From the NCBI RefSeq assembly GCF_964204645.1, contig NC_134030.1, positions 14,074,110 through 14,138,109 of the forward strand: DNA of 64,000 nucleotides. The letters are read 5' to 3'. Both the position numbers and the translations under genes were made by a program. Within the stretch, counting starts at the first letter, position 1. Every line of letters starts with the position of its first letter. The stretch comes from Tubulanus polymorphus (taxonomy: Eukaryota > Animalia > Nemertea). The notes beneath the pieces are model-generated. The model saw only the letters and a list, made by a program, of their open reading frames with translations. It ran no database searches and was not told the origin of the DNA. Below, one piece after another: positions 47,990 through 63,039 of the stretch.

Positions 47990-49975
47990 ATGGATCATAA
48001 GATCATAGACAGGTGCTCTTCTGTAGACCCAGGGGGTGTTGATAAACGATTGAAAAATCCATGGAAATGGAACTGGTTGGAGACTTTAATTGACGATGTT
48101 CCCCTAGCTGAATGTATTAGAAAAATCAGGGTTCTTGGAAGAGCACTATGCATCTGGTGCAACAGGGAAATCAACTATGGTGCACGGGGAAAGGTTGCTA
48201 TTTCTGATCACGTAAAGGCAAAAAAACACAAAGATATAGTTAAGGACGGAATAATTACAAACTACCAGGTATGCATTCTTTGTTTTTGAACTAGGCCTTA
48301 AACTTTTGTCAGCCGGTACATGAGTTTATTCCGTGGAAAAGACTTCAGCAGGATTTTCAGAATTTATTTGCAGCTTTTAGATACAATATTAAGATCATAT
48401 GATAAATAAAATCAGACACGATTGGGTCGTTAATTGCTTACCTTACAGGGTCTTCAACAACATCATAGCAGGAGAAACGTCATTGGCAAATGTTTGAAGA
48501 TTCACCATCCACTGAAAACGCGAGCAGTCATCCGAAAGTTGAACCTTTCATTCCAGTGCAGGGCAGGATTCTTCATTCTGAGGCTATGGAACTTGCATTC
48601 ATTGCCGACAAAAGCTTGCCATTTAACATTGTTCCGGATGTGATAGATCTGACTACAGCCTTAAGTAAAGACAGAAATGAATTACAGCATCGAACAAAAT
48701 GGAACATGGCTTGGCCAAGACATTTTCAGATCAGTTGAATGGAGATCTGAATGAGAACTTTTTCTCTCAACATCGATGAAGCATCGAGCTTTAATCTGAA
48801 AAAAGTTCTTTCTATTCTGGCCAGTTTTTATTCACCAGTCGAGAAAAAGATCATTTCGGTATGTCTCGTCATTTAAAATCATCTCAGCGAATAGTGAAAG
48901 TATTTATAACGAGGTCATTGGCGAGTTGGACCATCGGCAGATATCTTATGATCGCTTATTGTCCGTTCTTGTTAATTCATGTAATGTCATGCGTGGCTGA
49001 AGATCGGGGTTCGAGACCAGGTTGCGTAATAAGGTCCCCCACCTTCTAAACATCGACGGTGACTCGGCGCATCACGTACACAATTTGTCAAAGCAGTTTA
49101 CCAATTGTTTTGATAAAGTGATGGAAAACTTATTACAGTCCTGTACAATGATTTGAAATGGTCACCTGACTTGCGCGATGATTACCTTTGTGAAATATGT
49201 TCTTTGTTGGGATTTAACTTCACGATGCTCGAAAGATATGTTTTTTCCAGGTGGCTGTCATTGCACGATGCCGCTGTTGCTTTACAACGTACGTTTGATG
49301 CATACACAGTTTTCTACTTCGGTTTTTTTAATCCAGGTGATCGCATTATATATCTAGCCCGTTGCGTAGAAATTTATCGGCACTTGGGTATTTCAGAACC
49401 TGCACGAGAGCGCGTTAAAAAACAAGAAACTTACCGAGGACGGAAAAGCAAGGAAATATCGCATTACGGATTGTTTGTTTGTCGACCGAAAACGGACAGT
49501 TATGTACCTGAATTTCCTGATTTCAGTTTTGCCTGTTCTGAAAAAGTCCATTCTGAAAGTTCAAAAAAGAGAGCCTCTGATACATAAGCTTATTGATGAA
49601 CAAGTCAGTGTATTCCGGGAATTTCTCTCTTGCTTTATTAAGCCTGACAAGATCCCTACTGATGATCGAAAATTAGTTAGTGTCGATCTTTGCTCGATGA
49701 AACCGAGTGAAATGTTTGTTGGAGCCAGTCTCAAAACTGATCAGTGAGAATCCAAAAGATCCAGTTGTCAAAGAATTTTACTGCAAAGTCAGAAAGGTGT
49801 ACATTTCTTGTGCTAAATATTTGGTAAAGAAACTACCACTAGACAGTAAGACGCTGTTACGTATAGCTGCAATTGATCCAGCATGTCGCAGTCATACCTT
49901 GACTATCTAAAGGATTTCCCAAATATTGCAACACATGTTCTGAATTCGGATGAGGTTGATAGCTACCAGCTTGAG
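47990..49975 (+). pseudogene. hAT-superfamily transposase remnant with a probable intron (~48269-48449)
   Basis: BED-like CIWC..INYG..DHVKAKKH; IDEASS catalytic Asp region; IDGDSAHHVHN; ERYVFSRWLSL (RW motif); many frameshifts. Confidence 0.85.
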
Positions 49976-50148
49976 GTATAATAATAATCTTTATTTTTCG
50001 AAGAAATTATAACATATAATATAAGTATATTAATACAAAGTACAAAGTAACTTTAATTATTAAATGCCATAATATCAATGAAAGGTGCCCATGAGAAGCA
50101 AAGTTGCTTGTAATTATGGGTCACCTAACACACACAGACACATGCAGA

Positions 50149-50270
<122 letters not shown>

Positions 50271-50665
50271 TATAGTATTTGTAAATGTAGTCACATTAAA
50301 CAGTAGGATAAAAATTTAGTAACGGTTAATTATGTCAATTTTGAATTTGTTTTTTAACTGCAAAACTGATTTTGATGATTTAAGGTGTTTACCAAGATTC
50401 TGCCAGGTGGCGGGAATTGAACAAAGGAAGCTTCTATTAATTATACTTTTAGTATGTTGAGGTATACGAGGGTAATTGCGTTGGCGAGTATAGTAGTTAT
50501 GGTTATAAGAATTTTTTTTAAAAATATCATTAATTGGTAAAGGAATTAGATTTTTAGAAAGCAGATGTCAAAATTTCGCAGCTTCAAGCTGGATCATATC
50601 TTCAAATTTTATGACATTGAATTTTTTAAATAATAGATTAGTTGGGCTATTGTATTTAGCCTTAG

Positions 50666-51583
50666 CTATAATCCTGATTGCTTTTTTCTGCAGTTGAAAA
50701 TCCTATTCTGGTTAAATTTTGAAATAAACGATCCCCAAGTTATCAGACAATAGTTTATGTGACAATATATATAGCTATTATACAGCATTTTCAGAGTAAA
50801 GCATGGTACAAAATGTTTAAGAGAATTCATCAAATAAATTTGTTTAGCTATTTTTTTGCAAATTGAGTTTACATGCACGTTAAAATTTAAATGCTCATCA
50901 ATTTCAAGACCTAGAAAGGTAACTGAGTGTGATAAGTTGATCTGGTAATGATTTATTTTTATGAAGTTTTGATGGGCTGCTTTTTTAGCATTTTTAGGCT
51001 TAAAGAGGACGAGTTTAGTTTTACCTAGGTTTAATGTAAGATTGTTTGCAGAGAACCAACTATATAGAGTTTTCAAATCATGTGTAAGGTCTTTAAATAA
51101 TTTAGTGAGTGATTTACCAGTGACGAATATATCAGTGTCATCCGCAAATAAAATTGGTTTACACTTTTTCAAACAGAGATACATATCGTTGGTATAAATT
51201 AAAAACAAAAGAGGTCCTAGTACAGAGCCTTGCGGGATTCCGTAATTAAGTGGGTAGACAATAGATTCTGTATTGTCAAATTTTACATACATTTCCCTAC
51301 TATTTAAGTAACTTTCAAACCAGGCTAGTGCCTGTCCCCTTATACCATAGGTATAAAGTTTTTTCATTAGAATATTAAGATCAAGACAATCAAATGCTTT
51401 ACTAAGATCTAGGAAAGCTGCTAGTGTATAACAATTAGTTTCAAACCCATTAATAATATTGCCAACTAACTCCATAGTAGCATGGCAAGTTGAATGCTCT
51501 GGCCTAAAGCCATATTGGCTATTGTACAGAATTGAGTATTTGACTAGATAGTTATATAGTCTTTTGTGTACGACCTTCTCCAA
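50666..51583 (-). pseudogene. LINE ORF2 reverse transcriptase domain fragment
   Basis: QYGFR, FLDLSKAFD, GIPQGSVLGPLLFLIYTND, LFADDT, FLGLEID. Confidence 0.93.
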
Positions 51584-52249
51584 AAGCTTTGATACACAAG
51601 GTAATAACGATAGTTCGAAAATTCTCGATTATCGTCGAGCAAAAACAATTTAAATTCTTTTAATAAGATTATATTAAGGTAATCTTGTATTAAGATTATT
51701 AAGACCAATTGACAAAAAATTGAATTCTAAGATTTGAACGATTTAGATCGTTAAGACATGAACTGCGAATTTCGTTCAATATTCTAATTTGATCGTCTCT
51801 CAGCATCTTAATATGACTAATTTTAAGTTCTTTACATTGCCTTTCTTCTTGCTGCTGAGCAAATGTAAATGGACCAACATTGCCATATATGTTAAGTGGG
51901 CCAAGGAAAAGCAGTTGCCTCGAAACTTTTTCGACGTCATCTCGTTTAGGCCATGCAAATTCAGTTGCGGATATCTTGTGCCGATACTTGATCTCGGCCT
52001 CGTCTTCGTCGTATATTGATTAGAATTATATGTGACCAGATAATACAAAAAACGTAAAGTTTTTACGCAATCAATTAAATCAAAAATGAAAAAAATTGCG
52101 GAAAATATCGTTTACATTTAGCTGTGGCATGTTAATTGGTGTTTGCTCTTCAATCGCTATTTCATGAAAAACATGAACATCAAGCTCCGTCGCTATATCA
52201 GGCTGAGTGGCCATTTCAGTCTCCGTTACCCACGGGTGAAGGTTACAAC

Positions 52250-54520
52250 AAAATTATTCTGCCGAAATATTCTTCGGCATATTCAAGTCTGAGGCACAAA
52301 CACATGCACAAAAGCACTTTTGCATGAATTGCAGAATCATGAAAAATGGCGAGCAAGCAGACTATACGGGGTACCAGTACAATGTAAAGCATGAAGCCAT
52401 CTGCACCCTTTAATAGTGTCAGTGGTGATAGTTTGAGGCCAATCTCTGTCAACATTCTCGCTGTATAAGAATCCTCGTTTTGTCAATATATCATCCGATA
52501 ACAAATTCTCACTACAGTAATGATATAGATCTTTTGCACAAGTAATAACCTTGCCTCCCGCTATAGCCCTGCCCTATCGACTGCTCTGTTTACTTTACCA
52601 ATTTCCTTATCCCCCTCACCCTTCCCATGCTCTGATCCAAAATAATGCCTTTCAATGCCCTCGATATCCGACAAAGAAAGATCTGCGCAAGTTCCTTTCC
52701 CTGTGTATTGGCTACTGCACCCGTCGCTGAAAGAGTACACGAGAAAACCCTTTTTGTCTCTTTGATACGTCTCTTTGACATATTGAGATATGTGTTGGCT
52801 GCATGATAATCATGTTTACGATCACTGCTTATGACGAGAATAGCATGTCTGACGGGATTATTTAATCCATCTTTGAAAAAGGAAACAGGGGTGCATTGTG
52901 ATCTGTGATCCCGAAGTATGCCGATTTAATTTCACCTTGAAATTTTATTTTACGGTTTTTAGCGAAATCACAGACCATGATACACCACCCATTTGGGAGG
53001 TTTTCTTTGACAGTTCGATACTGCTTCTCTTGCCATTTGTGAGTAAACATTTCACCCAGTCCTGTAGTGTGGCTGTCTCCACAGTGATCTACGTCGCTCT
53101 ACGATCCTGTGTACCCACCAACCCAGACACGTTCATTCATATTCACGTGACTTTAGCTGACACAATTTCCGTCGGCATTTTTGCCTGTGTTCAAACTGTG
53201 ATATCTCAGTTAATAAAAAACCGATTTTTTAAAATACACTATACACTAACCTTATGACACCTTACATTTGTTCATTATATCATTTTGATGATAAATGTGA
53301 TTTTAGTACGATTAAAGTTAAGATACAAAAATGATGCGCTGTTAAGTGATGAGACACGCATAGCCCAAGTTGTCTTGTTGCTAACGAACTGCAGCGTTAC
53401 AAGGCCAGTTTCAAAGTGAAGAATGGTGACATTTTTGCTACTTCTGTATATATATGTTTATTTCTGTTTACAGAAACATGAATGAAATTTACACAACATG
53501 AATTTATATCGAATATTCTCACAATATACGCATGTGCAACAGTTCAATGTGTTGCACAACTTTTATACATTCAGCGGAAGAAGCAATGTAAATTTCATGA
53601 GCCCTATCTTTACTCTCGGGTATTCTGATTTAAAGAGTTTGAAGGCACTTTTTAGGGTTACCTCCAACACATGACACCCGGCGGAAGAAGCAATGTAAAT
53701 TTTATGAGCCCTATCTTTACTCCCGGGTATTCTGATTTAAAGAGTTTGAAGGCACTTTTTAGGGTTACCTCCATCACATGACACCCGGCGGAAGAAGCAA
53801 TGTAAATTTCATGAGCCCTATCTTTACTCTCGGGTATTCTGATTTAAAGAGTTTGAAGGCACTTTTTAGGGTTACCTCCATCACATGACACCCGGTCCGT
53901 GCTTCGATGCATATCATTTCTGCGGTAATACACTGGAAATGTCAGTGCGCAGATAGAATTGACGTATAAATGATTTTCTATCGGGACCCAATGCATCCCG
54001 TCTCGCTTTGGTATGAGCCCCTGAACAGTTATTCGATAGACTGATTTTCTGTTTAATGCCCACTTTCGAGCCAATTGAGGGATGTTCAAGTTTGTAGGGT
54101 TTTTTTACTGAAGCTGATACAAACAGCTTTTTGACGGATGTCTGATGTTTAGGTGGAAACTCACTAATTTGCGAAACGATGTCATTTGATTGCTGTATTG
54201 GCTTTGGGGTTTTGTTGTGGCATAAACGGCCTAGAACTTCAGCACACTTTCTAGGGGATTTTTTCAAGGTTTTTTGCCAAAGCCAAAACCCGTGTACATC
54301 TACAGTCTGTAGGTTTTGCCGAGGCGCACATCTGTGTAAGATTAGCTAGGTCCGTGGGAAATAAACATTCTCTCGAATCGGTAATAACCGATAGAGACCA
54401 TGAGTAACTGCTTAGATTTCGGGTTATGTAGGCCAAAGATCAAGGTCTCCGGAAGCTGTTTTTTTGTATTTCTCATTCCTGCTTTCAATCATATATGAGG
54501 TTCATTTTACACTTAGGCAT
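52250..54520 (-). pseudogene. Sola2-like DDE transposase remnant
   Basis: Manual translation gives FYLRTDISSVLPQK, VCDFAKN..EIKSAYF, FSDGCSSQYTGKG, HYFGSEHGKGEGD and a Cys-rich tail. The family assignment relies on recalled Sola2 motifs. Confidence 0.65.
53574..53894. repeat. Three tandem copies of a 107-bp unit
   Basis: GCGGAAGAAGCAATG starts at 53574, 53681 and 53788. Confidence 0.97.
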
Positions 54521-55931
54521 TTCACCTGATGTGGGGGCATCAGTCGGCTTCAGCAATGTTCTAGTTAGGTCAGATCGTATGCATCCAATCAGCCGGTCAT
54601 GATTTTTTGGCTTAAAAATTTGAGGCTGGAAAATCATCTTATTCGCTAGAAAAATACAATGTTTCTTGGAAAGGGATATTTAAAATATCATACAGGTATT
54701 TTCAATTAGCTAATAATTACGCAATTGGCGGCTATCTCAGTTGGTATCTATACCCATGTGGGCATGGTGTCCACCTAGTTGATATTGGCTGGTCTTTGAT
54801 TCTCTTGCTCCATAAGTTGTACAAAACACAACATTGATTATGTTATATAATAGCATCACTGAAACTTCTGCTTTTATTTACAGGAATAACATCATACGGT
54901 TAAAATGAAAACTAGGTCCAGTAACCAAGCTGGTAAAACCGCAAGTCCCGCAGAAAAATCTACCGGCAGTAGTCAACAAAGCACAGGTAAATATCCAGTG
55001 CATCACACTGCAAGACACAAAAAAACAAGAAATTTTTGATGCATTTTTCAGGAAGTTTGGTCAGTAATTCAGTCCCGTTTTAAGATATTTGATTATATTT
55101 ACCAACAGATTTTATTATAAAGGTTGGTTGATAAGGATTGAATTTCGATCTGGTCCCGCAAATTGCCGGATTTTTCAACCATACGTAAGAAGTTTAGGCT
55201 ATGATTTCAAGTATTCACATTTTATGAATGAACTTCATGTGTGTCTCATAATTCACTTCTGTTGAAGCATTATATTGAAGCAAGTTTTTCTTGAAAAATG
55301 ATTTGTACTTAGCATAGACATATGTTATATTGGGGATTTGGTGGTGCCACCTCTGATATGATTTTGGGAAATTAGGATCCAGCAGCTGGCGCTAAAAAGA
55401 ATCTTGATGAGAAATCATGAATTATTTTTAGGATATGGAAACTGAATTCTATGATCTTTATGAATGTCATGACTTCTTAGTTAGTTAATAGCGCCATCTT
55501 GTCAGGGATCTTACTGCTGTAGCAATGCTTTTTGTTCATTTGATCATATAAAATAAACAATAACTATGATCTAAAACCTGTGTTTGAAAAGATTCCCTCT
55601 CAATTTGACACAGCGGATAAAGAGAGCATCATCGCAGTAGTAATAAGTGGTTAAGATTAGTTTTATTAATAGGTGCTTATAAGGTAGGTATATGCGTAGC
55701 ACCTACTTCCAGTCTCAAGAACCCGTATTATTGCAATACTGTTTGAATTGATCGAAGATTTTGCTGGTTTCACTCAAGCTATCTGTTGGATACCCTGATC
55801 TAGATTGAGGGATCGTACTTCTCATGATTGATGAATTTGAACTACTACTTACTAAGTTAACAATTTGCATCATTTCCCAAGTTTTTAGAAAAATGTTATT
55901 CCAAGGTTGATTCTATCAATACTGTTTTACC

Positions 55932-56100
55932 TTAACCCTTTCAGTGCTGGCTAATTAATACCCTATATTGCTGAAGATAATTTGAAAATTCTGAAAAGTT
56001 CCACCCTAGGGAATAGCACTATAGTGCGTCTACACCCTGGCGCGGTATATCGTTAGTTACTAATATTTCACTATGTTTGATAGGTGCTGCCATCTTTCAA
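55932..56100 (+). mobile_element. piggyBac-like terminus TTAA|CCCTTTCAGTGCTG
   Basis: TTAA followed by CCC; a related right end GTATTGAAAGGG|TTAA lies at ~44418-44433 but belongs to a separate copy (wrong order to be a pair). Confidence 0.4.
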
Positions 56101-57792
56101 GAGAGATAATTAGTAATTACAAATTAAATCAATACACCGCAGTGCGGTGTACTAGCAAAATCCATCACTGATTCGTACAACGCACATTTTGATGGCATTT
56201 GCTCTTTAACTCTGTGCCTGCCACACCTTCTTATTTTTCAGGCGCTTAACCGGGATTTCAGGGTTTTTCAAAGATTTATTAGACAATACTAGAAGAGATG
56301 TTTTCAACAAATTTGTTCATCTGGTCTTGCTTTTCATGGTCAATCATTAGGATGTCTTCTTAGATTGATACAATCTGTTTTAATCATAGACAATATGCCG
56401 ATTCAGGCATATATAACCCCCCTTTTCAATAGATGACATCACTAACACGCTACTTAGAATGACCGATGATAATCTGCTTTAGTAGTAAAAGGCATTAGAC
56501 TAACTGCGGTGATGAATTCGTCATCTAAGAAACGAGTCAACCGTACAAGTACGGTTTTGGCAGCCAAATGATTGGAAATATTAAGCGTACCAGTATGTGG
56601 TTTGGCAGGCAAGGAGTTAATCATCATGGTACATGCGATAGAAAATTGATACAGTACTGTTTTCATGAGTATATAATACAGCCTTGATTGATTAATTGGT
56701 GGAATGAAATGGTTTTGCGTAATTAATCACTGATTCTATTTCCTGGGTCTGCCTGGGAATAATACAATAGGCCTAACTGTATATGTGTGCTTACTTGTAC
56801 CAGGGAAGTGTATTGAGATGGAATACGGGCGCTATTGTGCAGCTCTAGTCGAATGTGCGTTGTCATTGCCCTAAAGCTGATAATGTTTCGTCGGCGAGCA
56901 CTTTGTTACAGGGCTGCCAACCGTCCCGTTTTCGCCGGGACTTGTCCCGTGGACACGGCACCTGTCACGGTGTCCCTGACAGTAATAAATTGTCCCGGTT
57001 TTTAATATTTTGAGAAAAATCCCGGAGATTTCTCGAGTGTACCGCTTTATAATAATTGTCCCATCTGACATTCCCAATGTACCGCGCAATAAATAAATCA
57101 CTCTTTTTTCCTGCTGCGTGTATCTTTATACATAGTCCCGTTTAACTTTTAAACCTATGTATGTTTTCATCTACAAGCAAATGAGGTCACGCATCGATAA
57201 GCTTGTATGTATGCCTGGTAGCCTTGGCAACGCTTGACATTTTGTTTCGTGATGATTCACCAGCAATGCTTGTCTAGAACTAGGCCAGCACACCCATCAG
57301 CTGTGAATCGGGGTAAGCTAATGCGAACTGTATGTATTCTAGTATACACAGCTGATATTATGGAGATAGATAGACGGAAATAAACCTTCGGGGCGGGGGC
57401 AAGCGGCCCCAGTCCTAGGTAAAATTGTTTACCTTCACGACGTAGTCATGTAGGTTATAAGATGGAAGTGAGCCGATGACGTCATTTTCGTGTCACCACT
57501 TACAACTTGTTGGTGGGAGTTCAGAGTAAGATTTTTTTTCCTTGGTCTTTTTTTCCTAGGCAAATACCTTGGCCATTCTTCCTTGGCCATCAACTTGGCT
57601 GTTTTCTATTTTTCAATCTGTTGCCCCTGCTACTATTTACTTACCCCGAATGATGTGCTTGGCACTGCCACCTCCTAGTGTAAAGAGGCTATTCTCACGG
57701 TTATCTTTTACTGAATATGTTCAGCTGTATCCTCAATCTTATTATAGACCATTGTACTAAAGGGATGGTGGTTGATTTATAAGTGAATTGTC

Positions 57793-58979
57793 TTTTTTTT
57801 TTTGACGCCTTATAAAACGTTACCATTATGAAACCTAAACAATGCTAACCATTCAGCGTCATTTTACAAACGACAGCTGTAAATCGATGTGCAAAACGTC
57901 ACAGGTTTATGTGTACACAAACAAGCTATCTGGCAAAATATTATTGACATAGATGTAGAATGGCTTCCTGTGATTATATAATGACCTATATTTGAACGTC
58001 GAAATGTTATATTGCATTGAATATCATTAGAAGACGTATTGTAATAGTAAAGGATGTATGATTATATCAGAAGGGGCAGGCATAAATAGAAATGATAAGT
58101 AAATCGGATTATTCGGTTAAAAGGCGGATGTATACACGATGCGGAAGTCTGATATAAAAGTCAGACCCGGACGTGGGCATGCCGGTGGAATGACGAAGCT
58201 ATCTACGATCTGAGTAGGGCAAGCGTGAATTTCATCAGCGGCTACAAGCGGTCAATATGAAAATGTGTAAACATATAATTTCAATATTCAAACGTTTTAG
58301 AAAATATGTTTGATATTAGGAGTATGCAAGTTTCGTGAGATTAGCAATTTATAATAGCATAGCTGTCATATACGGCTCCGTGTCCTCTGATGGCATGTGT
58401 ATTAGGTGACAATTCAATTCAATTCTTTATTGATCCTTATTACATTGAAATTCCGGGATAAAATTCCCAAATTCAATAAATACAAATTTTAAAATAAATT
58501 AATACAACATACATGACACACGGGTAATTCATACAGAACAACATAAGCATGTTATTTTAAATGACAATGTCTACTTCAACCCACCCAGACTCAAGACTCT
58601 AGGATATCGAGTGACAGCCAAACCCGTGGCCCGGGCCGGCTGGCTAGGCCACACGATATGCTCGAAGTCATGATGAAGCAGACATCAGAAGAGCTCTTTC
58701 TTCATCCATGGAGGCAATGAAGTTGCAGACCAGCTTAGAGGCATAAGTAAATGAAGTCGGTCGCAAGTTCGCGATCAATTATTGAGAATTTTTAATAAAA
58801 AAATTTATACCACTACTGGAGTCGAAGACCTGTATCATCTACCAAATCGCCAAATCTCATCATTCCCCAAATTTCTTAAAACTTCGATTTCAAATTTGCA
58901 ATTCCACATTAGCTTAGCCCAGAAATTCTTCATTTTTTCCCCAGGCGTCAAATAATTTTCTAAAATTAATTTTCTTGTT
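57793..58979 (+). mobile_element. ~1.2-kb Helentron-like element, copy 3
   Basis: Highly similar to 32380-33563, with the same termini. Confidence 0.8.
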
Positions 58980-59630
58980 TCTCTCATTCGTAGACCTGGT
59001 ATTTCTCATACTCTAAAGTAATTTTATATGAAATAGGTCAGAGTTCTGACAGATAGCTCAACCGAAACCTTGAAGGATATCTCTAGTCACTCGCACCAGT
59101 CAGCTTCTATGCGGATTCTGCCTCCTGGGTCCTAAGTACTTACTCCAGGGCTCGGTAGAGGTCGAAAGATTTCATATCATTAAACCACAGACGAGTTGGA
59201 TGCTCACTGGCGAGTGTACATCTTATAGGGCCACGTGTGATATGTATATAGCCTATATATAGGCCTATATACTATCATATGATCCGAGATTTACATGTAT
59301 ATGTAGGAGCTTCATTAAATATGATCATCGGATTGAAATATTTCTCTCACATTTTCCACCCCAGATCAGGTTGTGTTCTGTTTGAGGTACAATATATCAG
59401 TCAGATTTTCTTTGTCTTTGTTTATGTAATATTATTATATAATATTCTTTCTGTCCATATTGTGATATCTATATTTAACCTGCTCAAATCTGTCTGTATA
59501 CTCAATTACTGCAATATCCAACAAGTACTTATAATGCCGAATAAGATGGTGACCTGAAGGAGAAACTGATGTCAGTGAACGAAAAGAACTAAGATCGTTA
59601 CTCCTATGGCTACAGAGGAGCAAGCGATAA

Positions 59631-59632
<2 letters not shown>

Positions 59633-59727
<95 letters not shown>
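59633..59727. repeat. (TA)n microsatellite
   Basis: Direct reading. Confidence 0.99.
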
Positions 59728-59728
<1 letters not shown>

Positions 59729-62443
59729 TCCATCAAAAGCCAAGCATAGAATGTACACGAAATTGTGTAATGAAATTAATGTGCATTGCTTTGAGATGAG
59801 AAATAAGATTTACTGAAACCCTATTTATGAAACCAAATTGATGCATGAGAGCCAATCAGTCACCACTAGTGGAAGAAATCACTTGAAATTATGTGATTGC
59901 TTGTTGCGCTGCTGATTTTGTGTTTTATAGGGTGCGATACTTGATATCGAATTCAAAGGCTCTAATGAATAACTTTTAATTTTAAACATTGCTGCAGTAA
60001 TTGAGTGTGAAGACATGACTGTTGTTTGTTATGCTGCCACTATTAACAATTAACACCACTGAAAGTTTGTGTATGTATTTCCCCTATTCCCAGTAGCCAG
60101 TTTTTTGAGCCGCCAACTTTTTAATGCTATGTAATGCTTGGGTTGCCTTTGATTTTAAACAAACATGACACATCCCTGCATTTATATGTATACACGTGCC
60201 TATATAAATCCACTGAAACTGTCCAAATGACATGCCATTTTTTCCTGAAAATGATATTACTATTGAAGCAATTATTCTGATTAATATGTACAACTAATTA
60301 GTAAATGATAGCTGTAAGTTGTATTTTGATAAAATAGCGTTGTGAACTGAGTAAGTGGTATATATGTATGTACACAAATTGCAATGTATGGAATTGGTAA
60401 AGTTTAATTACTTGTTTTTAATTTTCTTATGATTAACAGTAAAATTCCCCAATTGTTTTTATTTTCATTGATTCATTGATTAACAAGTTTTAATTTTTTC
60501 CACTAGTATTTTTGATTAACGGAATTTGTTTCTTTATAAATTATAGCTTTAGTGCGGGGTATCACACACTATTGACTAGGCTTGCACACCTGTTGGATTG
60601 GTTCTTTCTCTCTCTTGTTCTCTCTTTTTTTCTTTAATTGTTGTTTTTTCTCATCACATGAATGATGGATTTTATTTCGCGGGCTTGCTTAGTATAATGT
60701 ACACATTTAAGCAATTTTACTCAGCAGCCATGGTATGACCACCAGTTTTACAATTGATACATAAAACCAGAGTCATTTTCATTCTGATACGTAACTGTTT
60801 TAACAAGTTCATATCTATCATTTTGCCTATTTATGTATTGGATGAAATGGTTTCTATTGGTTGAAAGTAAGTCAAAAGCTATTTTTGATCTTTGGGTGCA
60901 ACTAAGAATAGGATCAATTACTTGAGATGACATTTTCAAAGATCCCCCTATGGTATCACTTTTTCTAATGTGATGTACAATTTATTCTTATTTCCTTAGA
61001 GTACTGTACCCTTCCTTTTACCTCAATTAGCTAATATAGTCTGATTTTGGATCACTTGCGAATTATTTATGTATGCCCCCTCCCGGATTTGTACTACATG
61101 TATATATAAAACTCCATCTTTTCTTTCATTCTACAAATAGTCTAATTCATTGAGTCTGCTACATGGGCCTCCCAACATTTCTTGTTAGTGAAGTCTATAT
61201 TGCAATGATGGCTGCAAGATTATTTTTGAAGTTCAGCGAATATTTCAACCAAAGCAGTGAAAACTTCAATGCAATAATTCTGACTTTTATGATATTTACT
61301 TTGATGGTAATTAGCTAACTCCATGATTATAAAATGTTTTCCGAGGCCACTTTGTTCTGAGGTTAATTGTGTGGTCATGACGAGTTGTTAAGCAAACATT
61401 GTTCCTCCTTTACTTTTTAAAAGTGTAACCCATTGAGTCAGAAGGAAATCCCAGAGCAAAGTATTCTATCACACAAAGTTTGTAACTAGGTCATTAATTT
61501 AAGGAGTCTTGGAGTTCTTTCATTCAATTCTATATCAGAACCTAAAAAATTGCATAGTTTCGTATCAGCATGTTCTTATATGACCCCTTAAAGTTCCTCC
61601 TAAAATTAGCTTCCTTATATCAGTACACAGGATGCCTGATGGACTAAATGAGCATTCACTAAATCACTTGCAGAGCAAGTTAGTCATTTCAATAGTGTCC
61701 CTTATGGGACCAGATCCTTGTTTATACAAAATATGTGAAAGGGAAACTGACGCGTGTTTTAAAGATTTTCAACTTTTTACACTAAACAAAGGTAATAGTA
61801 TACAATAAGGCTTGGTGATTTCAAAATTGGAAAAATCTTTTCAAACTAGTCAGGATTGATGATTTTGATGTTCAAGCACCTGTTCACGATACCTATAGTC
61901 ATAAAACTACATAAACAAAACACCATCATGGCTGCTTAGTAAGCCAAGTATGGTAGTCACCCGGTGAGCCGTTAAAGGGAAGTGTAATAAGGGTCGAGTG
62001 AAGCGTCATGAAAATACGTGGCTAGCTTAGCGTGGACCGGTTTTCAGGGCGGAATTATTTTCTGCGCTTGATAAGCTGCGTATTTTGGTAAGATGATGAA
62101 CTGAATAAGCTGTGAATAGGTCTCGAATAATTTCATTGTGTGATCACTTAGCAATGTACTGAAATCCTTGTGTGAACGCAGCTATAAACAATCTTCTGCT
62201 GGCAAAACTTGCAGTTCGATATGGACTATATAAATCAGGGGATATCTAAAGTCTGTCTCAGCCCAGTTTGCCGCGAATTTGTTAGGCAAAGGAGATCAAA
62301 TGTACACATGTAAATTGGTACTGACAGCTGAAGTGGCTGAACCTCGCGCAAAGATTCAGTGAGTCAGCAAAATCAGCTGACTGTTGATATAGTAACGGCA
62401 AAGAGTGGGTAACAGGAGCAAGAATGCAAACGAATTCCAGTTA

Positions 62444-63039
62444 CCGTATTTTCCAGCGAATAAGCCGAGGGCAGTTTTTTAGCCTAAAATACATGGATTT
62501 CATAAAGCTTCGGCCAATAAGCCGAGGCCCTTCATCAGAGATTTTAATTCACTGATTTGTCAATTAGTTCGTCTGAATTGACGATTTAAGAGGCTGACAG
62601 TAGCCCCCGCCGATGTGTGAGAGTGCTGTGCATACTATCATCGCCGAGTGACTGTGCTCTATATAGACTCACTCAGCTGATTACTATACATACAGCCATA
62701 CACGCAGTACGCGGCTCACTGCTGATTTGCATATATACTAATGTATGAACTGACATGTGGTAGTACGATGAACTCGCGCGTTATATAAATGTATACCATT
62801 GGATGGAACAATCAAAGTAAAAATAAAATAGTTCAAAATAGATTATAATTGGTAGTAAATAATGACCTCAAATAAATATCGACCACTTTTCTTGATTTTG
62901 ACAATCATTGAGAGCATTAGAGTGGCATAGATCAGGAAGTGATTTTTTATGTCAGATCGTATCCGCCTAATAAGCCGATCACGATATTTTGGGTAAAAAT
63001 CTGAGGCTAGAAAATCGGCTTATTGGCCGGAAAATACGG
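62444..63039. mobile_element. Tc1/mariner-pogo type MITE with TA target site duplication
   Basis: TA|CCGTATTTTCCAGCGAATAAGCCGA ... TCGGCTTATTGGCCGGAAAATACGG|TA. Confidence 0.85.
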
